A stretch of DNA of 63,387 bases, counting the filler, from Stramenopiles sp. TOSAG23-2 (lineage: Eukaryota): assembly GCA_900128395.1 (NCBI GenBank). It is 29 parts of 29 records of this genome, joined end to end, with 100 filler letters (N's around TTAATTAATTAA, not from the genome) between each part and the next. Parts side by side here need not be neighbours in the genome. Positions count along the whole stretch, not along the records: positions 1 to 2,104 come from LT652034.1; positions 2,205 to 4,308 come from LT652035.1; positions 4,409 to 6,511 come from LT652036.1; positions 6,612 to 8,713 come from LT652037.1; positions 8,814 to 10,914 come from LT652038.1; positions 11,015 to 13,115 come from LT652039.1; 23 more parts are not named here. One strand, written 5' to 3'. The position numbers were made by a program, and so were the translations under genes. This document shows positions 1 through 11,344 of this stretch, piece after piece; position 1 is the first letter of the stretch; each line of letters opens with the position of its first letter. Below the pieces are notes generated by a model. It searched no databases, had not been told where the DNA came from, and saw only the letters and a program-made list of their open reading frames with translations.

Positions 1-303
1 GTATACTTTCAGGGAAATGTGTGTGTATAAAGAGACAACCTACACTAGATTAAGACTTATGTTGAACCGGAGGGAGACACAACACAAACAGTAGTGCCAT
101 AATTATATATATATATTTAAACGCAACGTAACATATGTATGTGATGATGAGGCATCATGGTAGTGATGATTATTTCCTCCAATTTTAACAAAAAGTAAAA
201 ATAAAATATAAAAAATTTTAAAATTTTCATTTTTGATAAAACAATGTAATTTTAGTTTTAATGATAGAGTATCACACACACACTATACACACTCCTCTCT
301 CTC

Positions 304-1022
304 TCACCTCTCCACTGATTTTACTTTTTCCATTAAATAATTCATACCATCTTCAATCCCTTCCCGTGTATATGCACTACATAATTGTACATAACATGGA
401 CGCTTTCGTAATATCATTTTGACATCAAATATTTCTTCAATTTTTTCAATACTACATGCACCATCTAAATCTTGTCCATTAAATAATTCATACCATCTTC
501 AATCCCTTCCCGTGTATATGCACTACATAATTGTACATAACATGGACGCTTTCGTAATATCATTTTGACATCAAATATTTCTTCAATTTTTTCAATACTA
601 CATGCACCATCTAAATCTTGTTTATTTGCCATAATTAATACAGGTATATTGGATAAATCCGTATGTTTAATTAACCCTGCAAATGTCGATACTGCTTCTT
701 GTAAACGTGCTTCATCGCTACTATCTACTACGTATATTAACCCATGTGCTTCGCTATAATATTTATCCCATATAACACGAAAACTACTTTGTCCACCTAA
801 GTCCCAAAATATTGCTTTAACATTATTTAATTCAATACGTCCTATATTTAAACCAATAGTAGGTGGTATTTTCTCAAAAGGCATTGGATTTGTTTTTTTA
901 TATATTGCTTTGATTTGCTCCAATGTTGTGGTTTTACCAGCATTATCTAATCCTAATATTAATATTTGTGCTTCTTTTTTCGTAAACAAATACGATAAAA
1001 ATCCTTGTATCAATGAAAACAT
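304..1022 (-). CDS. ARFRP1: ARF-related protein 1 (Arf-family small GTPase), 3' end disturbed by a 146-nt tandem duplication
   Basis: The N-terminus MFSLIQGFLSYLFTKKEAQILILGLDNAGKTT has no Gly2, as in ARFRP1. Motifs PTIGLNIGRI, FWDLGGQ, NKQD and CSA are present. As assembled the ORF stops at 465 (..MDKI*). Removing one duplicate copy gives ..YLMEKVKSVER* ending at the TGA at 304-306. Confidence 0.9.
329..621. repeat. Exact tandem duplication, 146-nt period
   Basis: 329-474 repeats at 475-621. Confidence 0.95.
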
Positions 1023-1158
1023 TGTTGATGTATTCAAGTACTATGTTTTACCAGCATTATCTAATCCTAATATTAATATTTGTGCTTCTTTTTTCGTAAA
1101 CAAATACGATAAAAATCCTTGTATCAATGAAAACATTGTTGATGTATTCAAGTACTAT
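931..1158. repeat. Exact tandem duplication, 114-nt period (ARFRP1 5' end)
   Basis: gttttaccagcattatctaatcc...caagtactat occurs at 931 and at 1045. Confidence 0.95.
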
Positions 1159-2010
1159 GTCTATGATTTAATAAAAATATACTCCTTATCTTTGTTAATA
1201 TTTTTATAAAATAAAAAAATGATGAAAAAATGTAAAAAAAATATATATATATGAAGAGACGATGTATATATATATATATATATACCAAAAAAAAAATGAA
1301 AGTATCCAACAGTACGTATTATATATTTTCTCACAATTCTTTTCTATAATTATAATTTAACAAAATATAATATAATCTACACACATATAGAAGTTTTGAT
1401 ATTTGCACTCTCCTTCTCGCAGTCAATATTTCTATATTTATAAACACTTCTTGTGTGTGAACTTTAAAAAAATCGAGTTTTTAATGATATTTCTATGTTA
1501 TTTGTTGTTTCAAAATATTAATAGTCCGTAGTGTTATTTTATATAATAATTCGTGGGTCTTTCACATCCTATTACTTCTTATCATCCTTTTCTAAAAGTG
1601 TGCAAGTCGCGTCCTTGTTGTTGTCGTTATTGTTGACATTACCGGCCACTATACGGTATTTGCAATCAAGATGATGACGTTTCCTTTTGGGTATATGTAG
1701 GAACTGTATAAAATTTGAACCTATTGTTCTTCTATGTTGTTCTAATATTCAAATTATGTTTTATAAAAAAAATGGTGTCTTTCATTAATAATAAACAAGA
1801 AGTCGCGGAGTCTATCACTTTTTTGATGTACTTTCTTCTCTGAATTTTATTGACTAGGTTATATGTAGCTACTATATTACTACTACTACGTGACAAAATC
1901 AAACATATTTAGTATAAAACAAATATATGATACACACACACACACACAAACATATATACATATATATATACAAAAGAAAAAAATATATCTATACAATAAA
2001 AGTATAATAC

Positions 2011-2103
2011 AAACAAATTATCATGATTAAATACAACTGAGTTGACATCACTTGTATGACCTTTCAATGTTAATATACATTCACCAGTATCAACATTCCA
2101 TAT
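2011..2103 (-). CDS. WD40-repeat fragment at contig edge
   Basis: Manual translation IWNVDTGECILTLKGHTSDVNSVVFNHD is a typical WD40 repeat junction. Confidence 0.75.
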
Positions 2104-2104
2104 A

Positions 2105-2204
2105 NNNNNNNNNNNNNNNNNNNNNNNNNNNNNNNNNNNNNNNNNNNNTTAATTAATTAANNNNNNNNNNNNNNNNNNNNNNNNNNNNNNNNNNNNNNNN
2201 NNNN
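2105..2204. other. Artificial contig spacer N44-TTAATTAATTAA-N44 (first of 28)
   Basis: The same 100-nt spacer, with stops in all six frames, also starts at 4309, 6512, 8714, 10915, 13116, 15315, 17513, 19711, 21908, 24103, 26297, 28489, 30679, 32868, 35056, 37242, 39426, 41609, 43792, 45972, 48152, 50332, 52511, 54688, 56865, 59041 and 61215. Contig length falls from 2104 to 2073 nt. The plain N run at 42686-42837 is an ordinary scaffold gap. Confidence 0.99.
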
Positions 2205-2848
2205 TAGCACGCACACACCATTAATAATGCTATTCGATGCTAAGTTCAAAAATTGGCCGGAGCAGGCACACAGGATTGGCAATAAATTATACCGATACAC
2301 TATTAGAAAATGGGGTCTCACTATTTCCAGTAGCATGACATAGCATTACATCGTATGATATAGGTCATCAGGAGTAATGAGTCTACATAAAGTACAAGTG
2401 GCCATTCGACTACCCCCTACAGGATATATATATATATATCCGGATGGGTGTGCATGGACATGTGTTAGAGAAGAGAAGAGACGATAGGAGAATCGAATTT
2501 ATAAAAAAGTAAAATACATAATTGCATTCATCGATCGATAAATAGTTTATTCATATATATTGTAGAAGAACGAATTGAGATAACATCCATATAGGTGTAG
2601 ATATATATCTTCCGCTTCATTGAAAGTATACATTGTTGTGGATAGTATTAAATCATTGATATATCCGGAACAAATTATCCATATAATACCCAACAGGACA
2701 CATTTTTAGCACATATCTGTTTGCATTGATACTCCTCACACATACGCGTATAACAAAAACATATTTGATATATATACAAACATCGTGCGAGAGATAAATA
2801 ATATTAATAACACGATTTTTTAAAATAAAAAAATAACGTACGTTGACA

Positions 2849-3647
2849 ATGATGGTAGAAAAAACAACGATGATGACACATAAAAAAATGTTAAAATTAA
2901 AACAAAAGGTTAAAAAACAAGCACGTTATTATGTAAGAGGAACATTATGTATTGCTGTATTTGCATTAGCAATTGCATATACGAGTCAAACAATCTTTAA
3001 CCAAGAAAACGAACGTTCATTGCAACATGATGCAAGACGTTTAGTAGCAAATGCAACTACCAATGGAACAACAACAAGCTGTAATGCACCACAATTTCTT
3101 AGCGCAACGACGGGAACATGTATATGTATGCCAAGTGGAAATGCACCTCAAGCGCATGGATGTAATGATTTTAGTGGATATCCACCATTTTCACCAGATG
3201 GATTACCTATGGCAGTTAGTCCATATATGAATGGTGGTGTTATCTTATACGTAATTGGTACCATTTATACATTTATGGGGTTAGCAGTGGTATGTGATGA
3301 ATATTTCGTACCTGCATTAGAAGCTATTATTGAAAAATATGATATTGATGATGATATTGCAGGTGCTACGTTGATGGCGGCAGGTGGTTCCGCACCAGAG
3401 TTAGCAACATCATTAATTGGTACATTTGTTGCAAAAAGTAATGTTGGATTTGGTACAATTGTTGGCAGTGCCGTATTTAATGTCTTGTTTGTAATTGGTT
3501 GTTGTGCAATCTTCTCTAAAGAAGTATTGCAATTGACATGGTGGCCATTGTTCAGAGATATGGAAAATGACGAAAGGATTAGGATATGCTATGTTTGCAT
3601 TATATGGTGTATTTGTTATCATTGAAATTGCACGTGCATATAGTTAA
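2849..3647 (+). CDS. K+-dependent Na+/Ca2+ exchanger (NCKX/SLC24-like), internally deleted and frameshifted
   Basis: Alpha-1 repeat motifs [37 protein letters not shown] and WWPLFRD. From 3561 another frame reads [28 protein letters not shown], the usual last NCKX helix. Confidence 0.85.
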
Positions 3648-4670
3648 ATGATGATGGGTGATGTACGATAATGTAATACATATCGCAAGAATCAAATGTA
3701 AAATATATATATATACATGTATGAAAAATAGTAAAAAAAAAGAAAAAGAAACAGAATTTTTAACAATACAGAAATGCTACTAGACGACATATCGTTGCAT
3801 AAGAGATGATAAAAAAAGGTACAACAATACAACAGAATTTACCAAAACACATTTTGCACCAACAGCTTTTCACATGGTTTAACATTTTCACAAACAATAA
3901 TATATAACCTTTTTCCACCACATATCCACACAGGCAAATACTTTTTAGAGATATGAAAGATTTGCACCTTTTGAAGGGAGGAAAAGAGAGACAATTAAAA
4001 ATGAACACAATGTTTTTTGTAATTTTAGAGGGTTAATTTTGAGATTTGAGAAAATGGAAAAATTAAAAAATTGAATTTAAAAAAAAAAATATTTTTTTAT
4101 CATTATATACATTATACTATTATATACTCCGTATTTAATTTGTTTCTCTTGGTTTTCCTCAGGTTTACTCGTGCTACATCTCTTGCTCTCTTGCGCTCTT
4201 GCCATTCTCTCTCTCCTCTCTCTCTCTCACTTCTCACCTTTCTCACCTTGCTCACCGAATAAATCTACCACGTCGTTGTTTACGTTTTAACTTATTCATT
4301 CGATTTAANNNNNNNNNNNNNNNNNNNNNNNNNNNNNNNNNNNNNNNNNNNNTTAATTAATTAANNNNNNNNNNNNNNNNNNNNNNNNNNNNNNNNNNNN
4401 NNNNNNNNTTTTATACAAATGGTGGTGGTGGTGATAATTTTAAAGGTAAACCATATAGATATGATACCGCACATACAACACACATTTGGTGGCATATTAA
4501 ATAATGAAAAGTTAGTAATGATGTTAAGAAAGAAAGTTTTGTGTTGCGTGTGTGTGTTCATATAACATGATTTCTCTAGAAAAACTAAATTTTCCAACCC
4601 TTACTAAATATATATTATACAAGAACAAAAATGTATCTCTATACGAAGAACGTCCAAAGGTTAATTTTTT

Positions 4671-5069
4671 TTACACAAATGATTTCATGATTTTCCTCAC
4701 TTTTAAATCAAATTGTTTATTATTTATTTGCCCACCACGTTCTTGAAATGGATTCATTATTAATTTTATATACATTTCATGGACTTCTTTAAAAAAATGT
4801 AATACATTATCATCACTTTTATTATCATGCATTAACAAAAATATACAACGTCCAGGTGTTACAAAACCAGAGATGGACTTGTCTTCGAATTTATCAATAG
4901 TTTTTAAAAATAACGTTGGTGTTGCCCATTCCATTTCATCCACCATATCTAACGAGGAATGCAATATAAATTGATATGAATTCGGCCCTTCAATAGCTTT
5001 TAATGCATCTGGTGCTACTTCATAAATTGGACCTTTCGGTCCAATGATCATAAATACTGAATTGGACAT
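4671..5069 (-). CDS. TRAPPC2: Trafficking protein particle complex subunit 2 (sedlin)
   Basis: QFILHSSLDMVDEMEW, LFLKTIDKF, FLLMHD, FFKEVHEMYIKLIMNPF and FDLKVR match the sedlin family. Confidence 0.92.
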   Translation of the reverse strand: MSNSVFMIIGPKGPIYEVAPDALKAIEGPNSYQFILHSSLDMVDEMEWATPTLFLKTIDKFEDKSISGFVTPGRCIFLLMHDNKSDDNVLHFFKEVHEMYIKLIMNPFQERGGQINNKQFDLKVRKIMKSFV

Positions 5070-5548
5070 GTTCTTTTATTTGATTATCGACTACGGTTGT
5101 GTTATCTTTCTATATTAGTATCTCAAAAATGACGTTTACAACAATTATTTATTATTTATATATTTATATTTATATATACAAGATGCAGACGACACATATA
5201 TATAAATACATATATGTATCTATTTATTAATTAGATGTTTTTTTTTAAAGTTTGTGTTTAAATAAAAATTTCATTTAAGGTAATCTGTCGATGTCAAAGT
5301 CACCACATCCCACATCACGGGAAAAAGAAACCCAGAATGATTGCTGGTGGTGGTGTGGTGGTTATGGGAACAAACTAGTACACACGACACATTGCCTAGC
5401 TACTGTAATATACCGTATTGAAGCACACATACATAAGTACATACTCACATACGTACATACTCACATACATATAATCCTGTAAGATACATAACGTATATCA
5501 ATAAGAATTAATTGTATTATAATTGTCATACGTTTTCATTCAATAATA

Positions 5549-5791
5549 ATGAATTATGAAATGCAAAATAAAAATATCTGGAATAAAAATAACTCATGGA
5601 CATTTTTAAAGGTACATCCATATGTAAGAAGTCCTGTACTACCTTTACGAGGAAACCTCGCATATGGGACATTATATGAGTATATCTTTAATGCAGCGTA
5701 TAGGGGACCAGCATATTTTGTTCGCCCAACATTCTGGTATAGGCTATATCAGAAACCTTTTAAAATTGTACCGTACGTTGGTATTTGTTAA
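5549..5791 (+). CDS. Small hypothetical protein (80 aa)
   Basis: ATG-started ORF with coding-like composition, divergent from TRAPPC2. No recognised motif. Confidence 0.35.
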   Translation: MNYEMQNKNIWNKNNSWTFLKVHPYVRSPVLPLRGNLAYGTLYEYIFNAAYRGPAYFVRPTFWYRLYQKPFKIVPYVGIC

Positions 5792-6406
5792 TACTTGGAG
5801 AATTAAAAAAAAAAGTGTAATGATAATTTTATACGAACACATAATATAAATTAATAAACAATATATGTATTATATATAGATAGATGTACTAGGTAATTTC
5901 ATTTAGTTGTATTTATCATTTCATTTAACATAATGCACTAATATATATTTTAATATATATTTATTAATTTTAAACTTTATTTATTTATTATATGTTATAT
6001 GTACCTGTACCTTCTTCCCCCTGCCTGTACTAACGAACTTCAAATTGATTGAAGAAAGGATTCTTTCTTCAATAGTGTGTAGTTATAAATTTTTGTACAA
6101 TTATCCTTATCAAAACTATCTAGCAACTACTCTATTTATATCTAACCCTAACCCTAACCACACCTCCCACTCGTCACCTCAGAAAAAAGTACGATCTTTT
6201 ATCGTTGGGCTTTTCGCTCTATTTCCCAATACTATTTCCCTGCTATTGGATCTTTAATAAATTTGTCATTCATAAATTATCCAAAATATACATATATATT
6301 TATATACACATCCGTTGTAAAAGAGAGAGATGTAGATGGCATCATCACTAAAAGGCATATATATTCATTAGGATTATTACGAGGGGAGAGCAGACGAACA
6401 CAAACA

Positions 6407-6511
6407 ATGGCGTCACAATATGATGCAAATGAATGGGATCGTTTGATTGATCAAGAGACACAAAAAGCATATTGGTATAATAATTATACTGGTGAAAGTA
6501 TATGGGTGGAA
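6407..6511 (+). CDS. WW-domain protein, 5' fragment
   Basis: MASQYDANEWDRLIDQETQKAYWYNNYTGESIWVE fits the WW consensus. Cut by the contig end. Confidence 0.75.
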
Positions 6512-6611
6512 NNNNNNNNNNNNNNNNNNNNNNNNNNNNNNNNNNNNNNNNNNNNTTAATTAATTAANNNNNNNNNNNNNNNNNNNNNNNNNNNNNNNNN
6601 NNNNNNNNNNN

Positions 6612-8390
6612 TATCACATCGTATTTAGAGAAACGTATTTGGATGGAACGAAGGGATATCTATTAATATATACCAAAGGGATAGTTTATTTTGTACAAGT
6701 ATTCCTGCAAGTATATATTTGTTTTTTAGTAGATATGATTTATATATTTATAACATTTTGAAAATCACTGAGGGAATATGCTTTTTGAAAATATCATTAG
6801 TTAAATAAATTTTAGTCATATCAACGTAAAACTGTATTGGAAGATCAATTTGTCGTTCTTTGTTTTTGATGCATAGTTAGGAAGGGTACTAAAAGATAAT
6901 GTTTTAATTGGATGCGTAATAGAAGCGTGTTTAAAAGCTGATATATTTTGTTTTTCTATTCTAACAGCTTATTTTTTAATTTATAAAATTTTTGTAAATT
7001 TTATTTTTTTTATTTTTAAAAATAAAAAATATAAAATAAAAATTATATAATAAAAAATATTTCCCAAAAGAAGACTTATATGTACCCTTTCGTAATATTA
7101 CGCGCGTAGATTATTATCATTTTGGAATAATACACTTACATCCTGCACATATGAAAAATGACGAAGATACGTTCCTATAAAAAATATATTTTTTTTATAA
7201 TTGGGAGATCTAAAAAGATTTCGTACTCGTATTTTTTATCATAATTATTTTTACACTCTCGCTTTATTTGTTGACCTTCTTTTTTCTCGTATTATCTCCA
7301 TTGAATATGTTTTATCTTCAACGTCCTTCGATGCAGTTCCTGTTTCGCGATAAATATTCCCCGTAGCAAATATCATAAATTCCATTTTTTTATCTTTAAA
7401 TGTTGTGTATATACCACTTATACTAAACAACAAAATTTGAAGGAAAATAGATCGTTTTGTGGCACGTTTCATGAATGTATATTCTTTACTTTGTATTGTG
7501 TAACGAAATAGAACTACTCCATTATTTGAACTTCCAAATGTATTATTATACATATTCCACAAATTTAGCACTGTAAATACACTTCCACAAATAATCACAA
7601 ATATACGACTTTTTAATTTTATTGCATCCGTAAAAAGAAACATATTTACTCCTACCAGATATATTAATCCATATATTGGGGTAAATGAAGATAATGGTTG
7701 TGCAATATCAATAACACAATTACAAATAGTCAATACAACAATAACAACAACATTTGGTTCTTTTAATAATCGTTTTATAATTACTAATGATACATTTTTA
7801 TAATACAATATTACGCCAAATATTATTGCAATAACACCGAATACAATAAATGCAATTTGGAATCCAACATTTTTTCTACCAAGAAAAAAACATATCAGCC
7901 AAATCAAAGAAGAAACTCCTATCCCACACTGTCCCCATTTTACACGCCAATCCAACCAATCATCCATTACAACATCTTCACCTAATAATTTCAAACTTTT
8001 ACGTCGAACCGTTTTGTTGTGGTAGATTGCTGCCCATGAGTTGCGACTTGCTTTACGATCTCTCGTTTTAGGTTCTAACTCAACCTCTAGCGTAGATCTA
8101 CTGGTTTCTTTTATCTCATTTCGCAATTGTTTATTCTCTTCCTTTAGTAATTTGACTTCATTGATAAGTGCCTCGTATGCAGCTCTGGTAGGTGGAAATA
8201 CCATTTTTATTTGCTTTGAATTGTATGAGATAATTTGTAGTTGATCTGTTTGTCTATCGATAATGATTATATGTACCGTTTTATATAATACTTCTTTATT
8301 TGTATAATTTATGACTATTTTATTATATCAGATGTTTAATAGATATCCCTTCGTTCCATCCAAATACGTTTCTCTAAATACGATGTGATA
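6612..8390. repeat. 55-nt perfect inverted repeat (6612-6666 / 8336-8390)
   Basis: tatcacatcg...gatatctattaa is the exact reverse complement of ttaatagatatc...cgatgtgata. Confidence 0.95.
7251..8204 (-). CDS. Hypothetical multi-pass membrane protein with N-terminal coiled coil
   Basis: 317-aa ORF with a heptad segment (LINEVKLLKEENKQLRNEI) followed by roughly six or seven hydrophobic segments. Confidence 0.8.
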   Translation of the reverse strand: MVFPPTRAAYEALINEVKLLKEENKQLRNEIKETSRSTLEVELEPKTRDRKASRNSWAAIYHNKTVRRKSLKLLGEDVVMDDWLDWRVKWGQCGIGVSSLIWLICFFLGRKNVGFQIAFIVFGVIAIIFGVILYYKNVSLVIIKRLLKEPNVVVIVVLTICNCVIDIAQPLSSFTPIYGLIYLVGVNMFLFTDAIKLKSRIFVIICGSVFTVLNLWNMYNNTFGSSNNGVVLFRYTIQSKEYTFMKRATKRSIFLQILLFSISGIYTTFKDKKMEFMIFATGNIYRETGTASKDVEDKTYSMEIIREKRRSTNKARV

Positions 8391-8813
8391 TAAATATAAA
8401 TAAATATATATGTATGTATCTATCTATCTATATATATATATATATTTTATATATATTTTATTGATTTTTATGTTATTTTAATGAAAAAAGTAAAAAAAAT
8501 GAAAAAAAGACGTGTGCGTGTGCGTGAGTGTGGGGGGGCACCGCCGGTTTTCGTGGATGATCTTTTTTGCAAGTTACTGTATATACTATATATAACCTAA
8601 ACCGGGAAAGTGACAAAATGATTTTACCATCTACTACTATACCTTGGTACTGTTGTTTTTAAAGCCCGTGGGATTCCATAGTCCTACGGCTTAAGGCAGG
8701 CACATGTTTGCTTNNNNNNNNNNNNNNNNNNNNNNNNNNNNNNNNNNNNNNNNNNNNTTAATTAATTAANNNNNNNNNNNNNNNNNNNNNNNNNNNNNNN
8801 NNNNNNNNNNNNN

Positions 8814-10124
8814 ATGAATATAAAACGGGCGATTGAATTTGCAAAATATTTTGAAATTTGTCCAGCATTGCTTTCAGAGGCTGAGTGTAGGGGCATATAT
8901 ACAGAAGTGGCAACTATGCGCATTATTGAATCTACAGCATCATCGCTGTATCACAGGTACAACGAAAATGATAAAGATGACATGTTTTGGCGACGTTCAC
9001 ATGGAGAAATGTCTATCGCATTAGATTACGAGCGTTTTGTTACATTTGTATTTTCACTTGCAAATCGTGCCCTTGGAAAATATCCATTTAATTCCGATCA
9101 ATCGTCATTTTCAGAGAAAGTTTTGTTATTGCTTTGGAGAATTGAACATTCAAAAAAAGGGAAACGAGCCTTGGCATTAAAGTCCAGTACGAAAACTATC
9201 CTCGGTCATCTCCCATCTACTGTACCAATCAGTACTAGACAGTTAAGAACAAATCCATCACGGATGTCATTTGTAAACGATTTAGGAGTGAGACCTGGGG
9301 TATGGGAAACTTTAAATAAAAAACTGAATACAAAAACAGAAAGGGCTTTATGGGCTTCCATGGCTGCAACGAAAAGACGCAAAAGTAACGTTGCATCCCC
9401 GAAAGTAGAAGGCAGTAAAAGTAAATCCGTGTTTTTCGCCTCACAAGCAAAGAAGAGCAAGAATATTAATAAAAAAAAGAGTGAAAATTTGCGTATGAAA
9501 CGTGAAGCGGCGGAGCGCCGAAATCGTGGTGAAGCTTGGTCGGGTTATTCATTGGATACTGTAAATTTTAAAAAGAAATCTATTGGGGGAAGTAGTCTAG
9601 TTGATGAATCCATCTATCATAAACGAGGTGCGTATATGGGGCGACATTGGAGAAAAAATAAAGCAAGACAGAAACCGCAAGATAATCGTGCAAGATTTGT
9701 TAAATCTTTGACCTCACATGGTCTTCGTTCAAGTGGGACTAGAAAAGAAGCTAGAAATGCAACTGTGCGTCACCATGCGCCTACTTTATCTTCATCGAAT
9801 CAAAAATTGATGAAAAATGACTCATATAACGCCTCCGTCTCATCGTTAGCAAATACACTGCCGCCGCCACCCCCTTCTCCACCACCAGCACCATCCTCGC
9901 TTTACAAGAGCCCATCAGATACTAAGTCGGCACTTAGTACTCCATTACCATCTAAATCTCCATCAATGGATGATGTCAAAGGTGACTTACTTGGCAATGG
10001 AAATAGTAGCAACGGCACAAGTGTTGATAGTACTATGAAAGCATGGGATGCTGAACTTGCAAATGAATTAAAAAAATTGAGGGCTGAATTAAATGATGCA
10101 GTTGGAAGTGAGCAAGATCCATGA
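8814..10124 (+). CDS. Hypothetical protein, probably 5'-partial, with basic and Pro/Ser-rich C-terminal half
   Basis: 436-aa ORF starting at the contig edge. The N-terminal helical region is loosely EF-hand-like. Confidence 0.8.
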   Translation: MNIKRAIEFAKYFEICPALLSEAECRGIYTEVATMRIIESTASSLYHRYNENDKDDMFWRRSHGEMSIALDYERFVTFVFSLANRALGKYPFNSDQSSFSEKVLLLLWRIEHSKKGKRALALKSSTKTILGHLPSTVPISTRQLRTNPSRMSFVNDLGVRPGVWETLNKKLNTKTERALWASMAATKRRKSNVASPKVEGSKSKSVFFASQAKKSKNINKKKSENLRMKREAAERRNRGEAWSGYSLDTVNFKKKSIGGSSLVDESIYHKRGAYMGRHWRKNKARQKPQDNRARFVKSLTSHGLRSSGTRKEARNATVRHHAPTLSSSNQKLMKNDSYNASVSSLANTLPPPPPSPPPAPSSLYKSPSDTKSALSTPLPSKSPSMDDVKGDLLGNGNSSNGTSVDSTMKAWDAELANELKKLRAELNDAVGSEQDP

Positions 10125-10859
10125 CGGTGTCTTCAAAGGATTATAGTTTGTAAAAGGCTTGTAGAAAATAGTATTCTTGTTATATATATTTTTATATAAA
10201 TACCTATATTTTGTAGTACTAGTATAATAAGTATACTATCTACTCACTAACCACCATACCATGGCGGTAGCGTGGTATGCACGTATGGCGGCGTAAAAGC
10301 CAATGTGTCATGTGTCATCCTCGTATGTCAGACTATGATAAATACATTCATGTACAATATCAGTATGGCAGCTCCCAGAGCTGTCGCTGCCATACTATGC
10401 GAATAGCATAGCGGGGTTTCCTGAGTAATGTCAGACCAGGCCGTCTGATTATAAGATGTGCGTGCAAAAAGTAGGTTAATACCCTAATAGCATTATAATA
10501 GACAAGAAGCTGTACACCATCCAAAATTTATAAAAAACTATCACACATCAGGATTACACAGCATTGCGCAACAGTGTTTTAATTTTTAAAAATCTCAATA
10601 TTAATAGCTACACTATTATATACTACTAATAATCCGACAATGTTGTTACTACTTTTAAAATCAATTAATACAATGTGAATACCATTATCAGACTTAAATT
10701 TTGATGAACACACAATTTTGTTAATAAACCGATTATTCACCACCGTACAGAGACCACAACAAGATATACATATACAACCAAATTAGCATCGTAATAGGCT
10801 TGAAACTTATTTATCAATATCATTTGGAAGGCACGATGATGACCGATTATCTTTTTACA

Positions 10860-10913
10860 ACTACTTTTTTTCTCTTGGAAATATTCGAAGATACCAGTAA
10901 CAATAACAACAAA
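10860..10913 (-). CDS. Short fragment resembling TM2 of a Na+/K+ (P2C) ATPase alpha subunit
   Basis: FVVIVTGIFEYFQEKKSS resembles the VVIITGCFSYYQEAKSS motif. Only 18 codons, then the similarity stops. Confidence 0.45.
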
Positions 10914-11344
10914 CNNNNNNNNNNNNNNNNNNNNNNNNNNNNNNNNNNNNNNNNNNNNTTAATTAATTAANNNNNNNNNNNNNNNNNNNNNNNNNNNNNN
11001 NNNNNNNNNNNNNNACATATTAGTATATATATTTGTGTACTAAATTGAAAGTACGGACTTTCACCCCATACGCATATACGATTCACGATTCATTAATCTT
11101 GACCCTTTTTTTGAGAGCTTTTATATACCAGGTAAAAAATTACAGGTAGTCTATACCATAGAAAGAAAATGAATTATTATTCCATATTCCATATGAATTA
11201 AATACAATTAAATTACAATGGAAGAAAAAGGATATTAATACATGAGAAAAAGATAATTTTGATAAGTGCACAAGTTAGTAGTACAGAGTAATCGTATATG
11301 TATTAGTATAATAGATAGATTCAAATTGAAAATATCGGACAGCC

